Below, in pieces: positions 1 to 12,049 of a DNA stretch of 64,000 nucleotides. The DNA is from Macrostomum lignano. Lineage: Eukaryota. The position numbers and the translations under genes are program-made. A model generated the notes under the pieces. That model searched no databases. It had not been told where the DNA came from and was given only the letters and a program-made list of their open reading frames with translations. Location: positions 1 to 64,000 of the forward strand of contig NIVC01003030.1 of assembly GCA_002269645.1 (NCBI GenBank), read 5' to 3'. Each line of letters begins with the position of its first letter. Position 1 is the stretch's first letter.

Positions 1-66
1 GAGAGATTGGGGAAATGGGAATAGGCCAGCCAAAGATTGATGGCTCAGCGGAGATGTAACGATGTT

Positions 67-598
67 CAGGGGCGTCGCCATGGATTTTATGGTGGGTGGA
101 CAAAGCCAAGAATTCAAAAATGTACTTGTACATGACTAAATTTTGGCACTCATTTTGGCGCCGCAGGCACTCATTGTAGCGCCGCAGGCACTCATTGTAG
201 CGCCGCAGGCACTCATTGTAGCGCCGCAGGCCCTCATTGTAGCGCCGCAGGCACTCATTTTAGCGCCGCAGGCACTCATTGTAGCGCCTCGGGTATTCCT
301 TTTAGCGCCTCGGGTATTCCTTGTAGCGCCTCGGGTATTCCTTGTAGCGTCGCAGGCACTCATTGTAGCGCCGCAGGCACTCATTGTAGCGCCGCAGGCC
401 CTCATTGTAGCGCCGCAGGCACTCATTTTAGCGCCGCATGCACTCATTGTAGCGCCTCGGGTATTCCTTTTAGCGCCTCGGGTATTCCTTGTAGCGCCTC
501 GGGTATTCCTTGTAGCGTCGCAGGCACTCATTGTAGCGCCGCAGGCACTCATTGTAGCGCCGCAGCCAGACCCTGAAGCATTTGGGCAACAGCCCCTG
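67..598 (-). mobile_element. Non-autonomous TIR element (hAT-like MITE) with an internally expanded 21-bp array; same family as 7942-8183, opposite orientation
   Basis: It starts CAGGGGCGTCGCCATGGATTTTATGG, the reverse complement of the right end of 7942-8183. The internal ttttggcgccgcaggc is shared with 8095-8115. A degenerate other end (ggcaacagcccctg) lies at ~585-598. No TSD found. Confidence 0.5.
143..565. repeat. 21-bp minisatellite (CACTCATTGTAGCGCCGCAGG and CGGGTATTCCTTGTAGCGCCT variants), about 20 units
   Basis: Visible directly; gives 7-aa periodic ORFs (IVAPQAL) on both strands. Confidence 0.92.
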
Positions 599-3500
599 AG
601 ACACTCAGCCAGACCCTGAAGCATTTAGGCCTACAGTATGAGAGCCTATCCACAAGGCGTTTATCAATTAACAGAATCGTCAGAAAGTGCAATTTAAACA
701 AGCAGCTTCAGTCAGATATAAATCGATGCAGCTCATATTGTAAATATTGATATTCATTAGAAGAAGGCGGACATCAAATAACGGAGAAGCCATGTTAGAT
801 ATCAATTTTTGCATATGTTGCAAAGTGCGTAGTTAGAAATAGATGAAAGAAAGCACTAATATAATCATTTTGGGGCACCAAGAAATGCATTGGTATTGGG
901 GGTTAACAAACGATATTTTTAAACGTGCCTAGGCATCAGGAGGCATTCGCCGCAGGGGGGGGGGCGAGCGGAGAGAGGGTGGAAACGAAAAAATCTCTTT
1001 TAGCCTGTTACCCACGACACTCCCGGATAGAAGGAGATGCGGTTGAAGGAACAGATGCCTGCAGGCTGGGCGGTTTGGGTGCCGCAACCCCCCCCCCCCA
1101 TGTGCGTGCAGTCGGCTTTTTTTGGGGCTCTGAGGTTTGGCCTGGATTGGTTGTTGGGCAATCTCGAGGATTAGGGCTTTGGGTTGGCGAGACACGCAGG
1201 CATGGAAGGAGAGAGACAGGGGATTTTTATCCCAAAGCGATCGCGGCCTGAGTTTTGTTCACTCTTTCCTCCTTAGCCTCTCCTCGCCTCACCTTCCCTC
1301 ACGCGTACCACCCTGCCCAGACCCTATAGTAACTAAACTAACTGGAAGGCATCTGCGCGGCGGGCCACGGACCGGGTTGGGAGAGAGCGGGTGGAGCCTG
1401 AAGCGTATATAATAATCCTAGCAGCTTTAGGGACAAATGTACTCCCGCAGCCTGAGGGGAGAGGGAGCAGGCGGTGGGATAGGAATTAGCGTCCACCCAG
1501 GCTAAAGCGAGCGGCGTAGGGGAGGCCAAAGCCGTCTTCCTTCCTCCCTTGCCCCTCCCCTGCGCGCCTTCGTTTCCTCGCTTCCCAAGTCGCCATTTTT
1601 GCCGATCGCATTCTCCCGCACACGCACACAACCGCATACCCCAGGCGCGCATGCAGGCACCCAAAGGCCTGCTCCAAAGCTCCAAAGAACCACGAGGATG
1701 CCGGATAGAGCAGAGCCTATACATATAGGGGGAGAGACCGTTTGAATATATTTTTGTGGCCCACTGCTGCAGTGAGCTGACTCGGGCTGCGGCTGGTACG
1801 GCAAGGGGGAGGGGTGCGGCTGGGAGGCAAGGAAGGGAACCCGTGCCACCCGATTCCCAATCTATCCACTGTTCCCAAGCCCAGCATCATCTAGCCTGCT
1901 CCACTCCCCAGCCTTCTCCCTCTCTCACTGGTGACTTTCATATTTCAAGCTGAACAGACAAAATAGTTTAAAAAAGCCACGACAATAGACAGGCATAGCA
2001 GACCCTGATAGAGACGGTTGAGGCAGGGAGCAGCAGAAGCAGGACAAGAGACAAACGGGGACAGGATCCCGAGTCACAATCATAGATCTATGTAAAATCT
2101 ATAGTCAAAACGGCACAGCCTTGAGCGCACCGAGGATGAAAAGGGATCGGGAGAGAGCTGTTGGAAGGAAGGGTTTTAAAGCTAGTAAAGCCGCGCGATC
2201 CCGAAAACGCCCGCGCTTGAGTCAGGGGAAGGGGGAATGACAAATCCCTAAAAAGGTGGATTTTGGCCATATATTGGGAGGCTATATTCAAGACTGGAGC
2301 AGCAAAGTGCCCTCGCTACTCTCGATATAATGGCATTACACTGGCCCTATATAAGATTTTTCTGCCTAGTTGCAGGGCAGGAGACTGAATCTCTCTCTAT
2401 TGGGTAAATACAGAGTCGGTGTAGGGACCAGTTGAACACCCAGGGGGCTATGGTGGGGGGGGGTAGGAGGGCGACAAGGACCAGCCAAGTGGAGCAACCA
2501 GAATAATAAGAAGAGAAAACTTTTCCCACTCTCCTCTCCCATTCCCTCTCCTTCCCTCTCTCGGAATGAAATTAAGCGCTGAGCAGGGGGACGGACAGGG
2601 GAGAAGGTAAAGTCGCTGGGAGCCGAGCGCTTCACACAGATTTCAGTTGCCTCTCGATCCAGAGTCTGCTTTCCCCCCCCCGCTCTCCCCGCCCCTCGCT
2701 TACCCTCTACATTCCAAGAAAACTCCAAAAAGTCCCTCCATTCCCCTCAACCCCCTGCCCTGACGACTTCGGACTTCAGGCGAGGGGAAAAATCGGCTAG
2801 AGAGCGAGGGGGGGACACGGAAGGCTCAAGAAAAAATGTCGGGAATGAGGAAGACTGCGACAGAACAAAATGGGCCTTCAGCTCAGTGCACTTCGAGTCG
2901 AAGAGAGAAAAAGGCAAACTGACTCTCGCGGTTGAAGGGAAGGCCCGCTTTTGTGTGCTCTCTCCTTAGAAGGACTTTGCAGTCCGGTTAACTCATTATC
3001 AGCCAGGCTGGATGTGGGGAGAAAAAGTCGCTGCAGAAGAAAAAAGCAGGAGGGAGAGCTTGGAAAAGCAAAGAGGCACGGGACAGTGAAGCGGAGAACT
3101 TGGAAGCTATGTGAACTAACTCGGCGTGGGAATTGTCGAAGAGCGAGTGTTCGACGAGTAAAAAGTGATCGGGATCCGGGAGACAGGCAAAAATAATTGA
3201 GTGCTTCCAGAAGTGAAAAAAATATATACCCCCCATCCCCTAACAGAAATAGTAAGTAAGTTTCTTAATTCAGAAAGCAGAATTATTTTTAGAAAGATGA
3301 AATAAAAAACAAAATTATGGTAAAAGATTAAAGACAAATTAAATTTCTTTTTTTCTAACTAGATGAATAAAATCGAAAACAGCTAATATGCTGGCATAAA
3401 AAATATTTCCATCTAAAGCAAATTTTGACAAATTATAACTAACACATGTAACTGGTACTTTCCTTGACCTCAGACTGTAAAACGTAACTTAAATATAAAT

Positions 3501-6500
3501 CAAAACAATGTCATTATTTATGTCATTTGCGACAAATGATGAAGGAATTGCAATAAATTTAATTAAAAGCATATTTGTAAACTAAATAGAGATCCTGTTT
3601 AATCAGTGCTTCTTTACAACAGAAAAACCTTATGAATAAACATAGTTCGAAAAATTTACCATGAACCCTAATGAAGTCTCTCAAATAAAATACTGAATTA
3701 CTTCATTTTACTGAGCATTATAAATCTGCTCTAAATAGATTTTTGCTATAAAAAATTCTGCCAAAACTTTAAATACACATGTAACATCCGACTTTTTGCC
3801 TATTTTGCTCCTTAAAAAACATTTCAAGTCACTAATTTTATGGCACTCAAAATTAAAAAAAAATTTACGAAACTCTCTGGCGTGTAATATTTCTATTGTG
3901 TAGTTAGAATGTTCATAGAAGTGTACATGTAGATTTTTATGCCATACTCACGTTAAGCAAAAATTATTCGTCAGTTAGTTACGATAACTCTGATACCATA
4001 TTACGGTAACATATCTAGATTAGTCAAACGATAAAGCGGTGTGTAAATATATTTCAAAGACCCGCGACGATATATCGATTGTCGTGTATTTTATCATTGT
4101 TGATCATTCAAGCTTACTTTAAAATACTTTAGCAATGAGGAAATTGGCAACTGACGTAATTTATCCGTATACTACCAAATAAAAACATGCTGGCAGTTTT
4201 TTGTTTTAACCGTTTTCTACGACGGTGTTTGGACTTCAAAACTTACGAGCTACATAGAAAATAAAAATAATGTATTATATTATATCCCTCAATCTCTCTG
4301 AATTATTTTAGCTCGCCTTTAACGTGCCTAGTTCAGCGCTGAATAAGCCCTATCTAGAAAGCCTGCATTAAAACTTAAACCTATAAAACTTAAAAATTAA
4401 AACTTATGATGTGACAACGGTCTGGGTGGCCCTGCTAAAATTTGTATAATCTTAAAATTTATTTCTCCCTTGTGCGCCCATGTCTAATACCAACCTGCGG
4501 CCTCTCTCCCGATGATTCATCAGATGACCCTACGTCCACCCACTCTTTTGTCACCATTCCAACCTCCATCTTATTACTCAATAGCCAAGCGGAACGCACC
4601 CAGCGAATTGAAGCCCCATTTGTGTATTTAAGCCATTTTTCGCTGTCCCGTGACCTCCAAATTGAATCACCTTCTAAGCGTCCCATTTTATTAGCCAATT
4701 TATTGGCTAATAAATTGGACAGTGTTCGCGCTCACTCATAACTTCCCAGCTGCCAGTACCATAATCGATTCTAGCTTTCCACTCCATTAGAATTAGTGAT
4801 TTCTGCTATTGACTTTCTATTGAATTCGAGGTCAGCTGGTGGTACGTCATGTTGGCAGCAAGGACCTGTTGGTACTAAGCAATAACATTCAATACACGAT
4901 TATTACAATGCTGTGAAACATAATTAAACCCTCAAAAGGCATACAAATTTTGAATATGGCTACATAATTATTGGCTTAGTGAAGAAAGCGAGTAGCAGAG
5001 AATTAAAAAATATGGTTGCACGCATATGGCGCACAGGCAGACAGACACAAAGCGTACGGAAAATCAGCCTTTAATTTTTTCCGTGGTTCGTGAGTGCCGA
5101 GTCCTTCTACTACAGTGGTCCTTGGTTGGCAGTAGGCTAGAACCGTTCTAGCTGAAGTCGGCGCCCAGGTGCGAGAGAGCGCACGATGCACGTGATATAC
5201 AGCACTTAGCGGTTGGGAATGCAACAGTCTCTAGTGGCACGTCATGATATCGTAGTATCCGCCAGTTGGGGACTTTGTGCAGGATTGAGAGATTGGCCCC
5301 GGTGTGATATTGGCGTCGCAAAAGGCGGAAATCAAGATAGCGACACTGCTTAGGCGTCATACAATCGGGCCGGGAGTCTACCACACTAAGCAGAAGACTA
5401 TTAAACAGAGGATCCTTTGTGCCGTGATTGGCGAAGGTACTAACGTGCTACGAGATTGCTAGACCACTAAGAGTAATGAGGGAACGTGTGAACTTTATGG
5501 TTTTCAGGTGCGCAGTGCGAGAAGAGTCCTGTTCACAGCCTGACAACTTCCCCATGCTTGACCGCCAAGGAAGTCATTAGGATTGAAATGAAGAAAAATA
5601 AGGGATTAGCAGCGCAATAACAAATATGAATCCTCCGGTTGATAAGATCATTATGGGATAAAAAATACCCAGTTTTCAATTTAACCAGGGTCTAAAGGTC
5701 GGTCACGTGACGGCTCACGTGTTGCCATGACTCCGTATCCTTGAAGAAAAACGAGGATTGACGCATTCAGGTAGCCAATGACGCAATTGCGGGAGTCTTG
5801 GTAAATATACACTCAGCAACAGTCGAAAGTTCCACCCACCCTCCAAGCGAGATTAAAATTTGCTCACTTATTGCGACAACTTCTCACTCACAATTCTACC
5901 CTCCAGTTACGCAACTAAGCCGCCACGAGGAAGGGAAAGTTGATTGAATCAGTAATAAACGTTTAGTCGCACAAAATCAGAACAGTTTTTATGCATGCAA
6001 TATGCAGTTAGAATCGCGATGCTTAGTACCGCGTGTGGGATCCCCTCGCACGCAGAACTGCGGATGAGGATGAGGATCAGGATGAGGCGGCGCAGAAAGT
6101 CCTGGGGAAGCTGCTGGCAAGCGTTTTCAGTGGCATGACGCAGCTCCGCAACATTCTGTGGTGGATTCTCTTTTCGAATGCTGCGTTTTAGGAAGTCCTA
6201 GACATGATTCATGTCCGGGGACCGGGAAGGCCAGCGCAGAGTGCGCAGCTGCAGCTGTTCTTTCAGTTGACTAACAGCATCGGCTCGGTGTGGCGGCTTT
6301 TGTTTTGTACCATGCGTTATGCAGTCCCAAGCCACCCCCAAGTTTCAATAAGCTTCGCGTTTGCCGGTAAGTTGCGTCTCTCGCAATAAGTGAGAAAAAG
6401 TCATCTTGCTTGGAGGGTGGAACTTTTGACTGTTGCTGAGTGTAATTCGTACATTTAGGGGGGTCAGAGAACAAAAGAATAAAATTAAGAACAATAGGGG

Positions 6501-7491
6501 GGGTTTATATTAAAACAGGAGCAGGAAATGTTTGGGAAGGATTGGGTTGATGGAGATGGGGTAAAAGCCGCGCTCGACCCAACGGCCAGATTCCTACGCG
6601 CTTGAGCCCCCAGCCTGAGTAGTGCAGGTGCCGCCAGAAACAAAACTTTAAAGGTCGTAATTAAACAAAACAAAGATTGACTTTTCGACGATGTGAAGTT
6701 TCAAGCTCGGGATATTTCGAAGTTGCGAAGGCTGTTTACGAACTTACATGCGTGTACTGCCCCAAGTTAAGAAGGCAATGCAGGGATCGGACCCACACGC
6801 GGTCAACGAAAAATCGCGTGTTACTCGAAAAAAGCGAACAGCTCAACTCCAATCAAGCAAACGAACGCGCCAGCCAGGTATGGAGAGATTCAGGAAGGAA
6901 ACTGGCGTGGAGCCAGATTGATTCCAACAGGCAGGGAGAATGGAATGCTCCGCGGGATGTCTTTTTGTGTAGCCAGCTAAGTGAAAGTTAGAGGATCGGC
7001 CTTCCCCGATCGCGCAGCCAAAATCCCCCGCACAGATTTTTTTAAGTGTAAATATGCCGCCGAACTGAATAAAGCCCTGCCTACCTGCAGGCTGGCATGG
7101 CCACCCAGCAGCTTATTTGATGAGGCAACATATACCTTATCAATCCTGCGCCATCAGGCCTTTCCCTCCTGGCGCACGTGGCTTCCAAACTCGCTGCTCC
7201 GGAAGGCGGTCCATTTAGAAGTCACTTTTTTCCTCTCACTCCATCTCCACGCGGTCCGGCTCAAACTAGCGAGTCACGACATGAGCGCGCACAGTCAGTG
7301 TGACGCACTCGGATCCGGGATCGAGTCTGAGTGGCTTATTGCACCGGCGCCATAAGGCCACACACACGAGCTGGCTCAACTTTCCATCTTTTTCGATTCG
7401 GTATAAAACGCCGCGAGCTTTTCACTGGCTCAACAGGTTGTAGAGTAAATAAATCTATTTGAAATTCGAAGCTAGAAACTCCAGTTTGTCG

Positions 7492-9850
7492 ATGGACCAG
7501 CAACAGGAGCAGCAGCAGCAGGAATGGCCGCAACTGTTGGACAACTGCTGTACCGACGGGTCTTTTCCATTGTCTGCAGGGATGTTTGCAGGCGTTGACA
7601 CAAGGGAAGACAGTTCGACAACTGCAAACTTCCCGCAGCAGCAGCAACAACAACCGGATCCGACCTCGGGATCAACAAGACGTCGACGACGAACGACCTT
7701 CAGCCATCAGCAGAAGCGAGTGCTTCGCGACGCCTTCTTCAATTGCAATCGCTACCCACCGCAGGCGGTCGTGCAAGACCTGTCAATGCGATTGGAACTG
7801 GACTGCAAGATTATTGAGACCTGGTTCCAGAATTACCGGTTGGTATTGAAAATTTTTACATATACGAGTCCGCACGCTTGTATAAGGATACCGAACACAA
7901 AGGTCTTATAGACTCGCGCCCGATAAAATGAATGTTCTAGTCAGGGGCGTCGCCCCTGGGGGGGGGAAAGTCATGGACGTGTCCCCCCCCCCAGTAAAAG
8001 CTATGGGGGGACACGCCAATGCTTTGTTCCCCCACCCCACCTTGTTACCCGTTTTGGAAATCAGTAATTTTGCTTCAGGGCAACCAAAAAATAGCGCCTG
8101 CGGCGCCAAAATGAGTGCCTGCCAAAGCCAAGAATTTTTTACTTTGTCCCCCCCCCGCCATAAAATCCATGGCGACACCCCTAATCCTAATAAGTAGAGT
8201 TATATTTCTCACGAATTACCCATTAGAAGGCAAACTCAACGGACTTATATGTCATAGGTCAATAAAGTGTGTTTACCATACGTTACGCATGCAAATTGCA
8301 GTAGCAAAAACCGTCAAATCTGCATGCAGGTCGAAGATGAAGCGAGAAAATCCCGAGGAGCATCGCCACTGGGTGGAGACGTCTCTGCGTCGGGTGTGCG
8401 GAGTGCAGCAGCTCGAGCCGACGCCGCCGCCGCCACCGCCACCGCAGCAGCAGCCGCCACCCAGCCCGCCAAAGCAAAAAAAGTCGAGCAGTTCAACCGA
8501 CAATGGCGTGACAATGACTATGATGACGGCTCAGCCATCTTTGCCAAAGATACAGAAGCAGCAGCAGCAGCAAGTGGAAATGACAGCTGAGTTAGCCGTG
8601 GCTCCAGTAGAGTCTGCCGCTACAGGCAGTTACACCTGCGACTGCTGCTGCTGCAGTGGCACTTGCTGGAGAAGCTCAATGGCCCCAGGAGCTTTTGGTG
8701 AGAAAAGTGATGGATCTCAAACTGTCAATCTCTCTAATGAGAACATTATATTCCTAAATACGCAATTGAAGCTCTCTACCATACGGTCGCTATAAAAATG
8801 GAAAATCGGTTTAATCTAATGAAAGCTGATTTAGGAAATATTTGTTCTTTGCATGCAGAATTGGAGTGATTCAACACCCGATTTTTAGTACGGAGTCACA
8901 TCACAAGCTCGAAAAATCACATCGTCAAAAAGCAGCCACCAACACAAGCTCGAAAAGGGTTCGGGTTAGGGTTAGGGTTAGAGCTCTTGCCTTTTCGAGC
9001 TTGTGATGGTGGCTGCTTTTTGACGATGTGATTTTTCGAGCTTGTGACGGAGCCCTGTTTCGACGATGTGACTTTTTGAGCTTGTGACGGAGCCCTGTTT
9101 CGACGATGTGACTTTTTGAGCTTGTGACGGAGCCCTGTTTCGACGATGTGATTTTTCGAGCTTGTGACGGAGCCCTGTTTCGACGATGTGATTTTTCGAG
9201 CTTATAATGTCGTTAGTACATACAGTATGACTTCCTTATGTCCCAACGTAGAGTACGACGCGAAGCATGAAAAAATGAAATTTGATACCGGGAACCCTTC
9301 AGGTGAAGGCTTATGATTCCGAAATACCATCCGAAATACCAACTACGAGATGTGCAACCGACAGCTCAGCCGCAGCTATTTCTTGGTTGCCACACACACC
9401 CTCAATTACCCCAGCTAATGATGGCACCCATTTTACAGCTGGGTGAACTGAAGCAATGCAGAGTTGAGTGTCTTGCTCAGGGACAAAAATTGTTACAGTG
9501 GGATCGGGAATCGAACCTCCCCACCTTTAAGTCGTGAGCCCGACTCTCTAATAACTAGGCTACACCCTATAGAAAGTCTTTTTCTAACTCCTGAAGCACT
9601 CGAAAATCAAACCCGACATCCAGAGGCCACCGGAGTCGGAGACTGGAATTGGAACTCAACGGCATCAAACGGTACAGCGCGGACAGAAACTCATGCGGTG
9701 AACTGCTGCGATTGCCGCTGGTGCTCAGAGGCTGTGGGGCTAGCGCCAAACTCTGCCGGGACGTACCAGCTGCAGCATCAGCAGCCGATGGAGTACGGAC
9801 AGGCTCATGCTGCTTCATCATTCCATACCGGATGGAATTCGAGCGGTTGA
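7492..9850 (+). CDS. Divergent homeodomain transcription factor, 3 coding exons (7492-7838, 8330-8697, 9597-9850)
   Basis: Homeodomain RRRRTTFSHQQKRVLRDAFFNCNRYPPQAVVQDLSMRLELDCKIIETWFQNYR|SKMKRE. Phase-2 intron CG|GTTGGT...TGCAG|G completes helix 3. Phase-1 intron TTTG|GTGAGA...CTAACTCCTGAAG|CA joins the 9464-9850 frame. Low-complexity Q/P tracts. An upstream exon cannot be excluded. Confidence 0.8.
7942..8183 (+). mobile_element. hAT-like MITE in homeobox intron 1
   Basis: Terminal inverted repeats CAGGGGCGTCGCC / GGCGACACCCCTA; ~240 bp; related copy at 67. No clear TSD. Confidence 0.6.
8892..9211. mobile_element. Foldback-type element with a ~57-bp stem, a telomeric (TTAGGG) loop and a 40-bp subterminal repeat ×4
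   Basis: Arms 8899-8957 and 8991-9047 are near-perfect reverse complements. The loop contains GGGTTCGGGTTAGGGTTAGGG. Flanks TTTAGTAC / GTTAGTAC are a 7/8 TSD match. Core ACAAGCTCGAAA is shared with 50657-50990. Confidence 0.65.
9425..9566 (+). mobile_element. CORE/MIR-like SINE fragment
   Basis: CCCATTTTACAGCTGGGTGAACTGAAGCAATGCAGAGTTGAGTGTCTTGCTCAGGG resembles the CORE-SINE domain. It is followed by GGGAATCGAACC...CTCTAATAACTAGGCTAC, a tail typical of L2/CR1-mobilised SINEs. Recognised from memory. Confidence 0.4.
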
Positions 9851-10199
9851 AACGTTGAATTAAACTTACATGTATGTCTGCATGGTAACAGACTTGATCT
9901 TTATTTATTTATCGAATGTTAGCGAAGTTTCCTAAACTGGTGGAACTCAAGTAAGAAAGTTTTATCTTTATATAAACGCAATTAGTGGTTAGCAACCGTG
10001 AACTGAGCAGCATAAAAATACTCAATAAAATTTGGTTTAGATTGAGTTTTTAAACAGCTATGTAAACTTTCATACAATTAAATGTACCTGCTATTTACCA
10101 CATGAATTCTTTTTTTAGCTTCTTTGTGGTGCGGATATCTTATTTTGTTTTATTTGATTTGCAATTGCTGATTCAACCTGTTGTCAGGACTTTAGAAGC

Positions 10200-11712
10200 T
10201 TCTGAGCAGTCTGAGTAGCTAGTGGGTCTCTGAGCAGTCAGAGTTGAGTCTCTGAACAGTCTGAGTAGCTAGTGGGTCTCTGAGCAGTCAGAGTTGAGTC
10301 TCTGAACAGTCTGAGTAGCTAGTGGGTCTCTGAGCAGTCAGAGTTGAGTCTCTGAACAGTCTGAGTAGCTAGTGGGTCTCTGAGGAGTCAGAGTTGAGTC
10401 TCTGAACAGTCTGAGTAGCTAGTGTGTCTCTGAGCAGTCAGAGTTGAGTCTATGAACAGTCTGAGCAGCTAGTGTGTCTCTGAGCAGTCAGAGTTGAGTC
10501 TCTGAACAGTCTGAGTAGCTAGTGGGTCTCTGAGCAGTCAGAGTTGAGTCTATGAACAGTCTGAGTAGCTAGTGGGTCTCTGAGCAGTCAGAGTTGGGTC
10601 TATGAACAGTCTGAGTAGCTAGTGTGTCTCTGAGCAGTCAGAGTTGAGTCTCTGAACAGTCTGAGTAGCTAGTGGGTCTCTGAGCAGTCAGAGTTGAGTC
10701 TATGAACAGTCTGAGTAGCTAGTGGGTCTCTGAGCAGTCAGAGTTGGGTCTCTGAACAGTCTGAGTAGCTAGTGGGTCTCTGAGCAGTCAGAGTTGAGTC
10801 TCTGAACAGTCTGAGTAGCTAGTGGGTCTCTGAGCAGTCAGAGTTGAGTCTATGAACAGTCTGAGTAGCTAGTGGGTCTCTGAGCAGTCAGAGTTGAGTC
10901 TCTGAACAGTCTGAGTAGCTAGTGGGTCTCTGAGCAGTCAGAGTTGAGTCTATGAACAGTCTGAGTAGCTAGTGGGTCTCTGAGCAGTCAGAGTTGGGTC
11001 TATGAACAGTCTGAGTAGCTAGTGGGTCTCTGAGCAGTCAGAGTTGAGTCTATGAACAGTCTGAGTAGCTAGTGGGTCTCTGAGCAGTCAGAGTTGAGTC
11101 TATGAACAGTCTGAGTAGCTAGTGGGTCTCTGAGCAGTCAGAGTTGAGTCTATGAACAGTCTGAGTAGCTAGTGGGTCTCTGAGCAGTCAGAGTTGAGTC
11201 TATGAACAGTCTGAGTAGCTAGTGGGTCTCTGAGCAGTCAGAGTTGAGTCTATGAACAGTCTGAGTAGCTAGTGGGTCTCTGAGCAGTCAGAGTTGGCTC
11301 TATGAACAGTCTGAGTAGCTAGTGGGTCTCTGAGCAGTCAGAGTTGAGTCTATGGACAGTCTGAGTAGCTAGTGGGTCTCTGAGCAGTCAGAGTTGAGTC
11401 TATGAACAGTCTGAGTAGCTAGTGGGTCTCTGAGCAGTCAGAGTTGAGTCTATGAACAGTCTGAGTAGCTAGTGGGTCTCTGAGCAGTCAGAGTTGAGTC
11501 TATGAACAGTCTGAGTAGCTAGTGGGTCTCTGAGCAGTCAGAGTTGAGTCTATGAACAGTCTGAGTAGCTAGTGGGTCTCTGAGCAGTCAGAGTTGGCTC
11601 TATGAACAGTCTGAGTAGCTAGTGGGTCTCTGAGCAGTCAGAGTTGAGTCTATGGACAGTCTGAGTAGCTAGTGGGTCTCTGAGCAGTCAGAGTTGGCTC
11701 TATGAACAGTCT
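10200..11712. repeat. 50-bp tandem repeat, about 30 copies
   Basis: Unit CTGAGTAGCTAGTGGGTCTCTGAGCAGTCAGAGTTGAGTCT(C/A)TGAACAGT; highly homogeneous. Confidence 0.97.
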
Positions 11713-12049
11713 AATTAAAAAAGTAAACTGAATTAAAGTTATTCAGTCCAATTAAAGTAAATTTATAATACAATACTGTATTAAGACCTGTGTAAATTTA
11801 GTAATTAAAAGTTGATATTTACAGACGGATAGATGCCAAGTGCATACATGTAATACACACAAAATTACGAGATTACACACAAGAAAACTGTCGAAAATAG
11901 TTCATGAGAACAGCAAAATATTTGAAACTTGGAATAATCTTTAAAAAACGATCATTAGCATCTGCTGTTCACAGCTAATGAAGCATAGTAAAACTTGTAT
12001 ACAAGTACAAGTGAGTAATCAACAGACCACTATAATGCGCTCGCAACTA

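Noticed and set aside
6060-6192. Protein-like stretch DEDEDQDEAAQKVLGKLLASVFSGMTQLRNILWW
   Set aside because: No recognisable family, start codon or supporting splice structure.
2185-6610. Shared 10-mers AAAGCCGCGC and CGCGCTTGAG at ~2190-2222 and ~6565-6606
   Set aside because: Spacing differs, and such matches are expected by chance in 64 kb; an alignment would be needed.
9500-9560. GGGAATCGAACC as a tRNA gene (reverse B-box)
   Set aside because: No cloverleaf; it fits a SINE/LINE-type tail.
10200-11712. Regular 50-bp array as a possible CRISPR
   Set aside because: No unique spacers, no cas genes, eukaryotic context; it is a plain tandem repeat.
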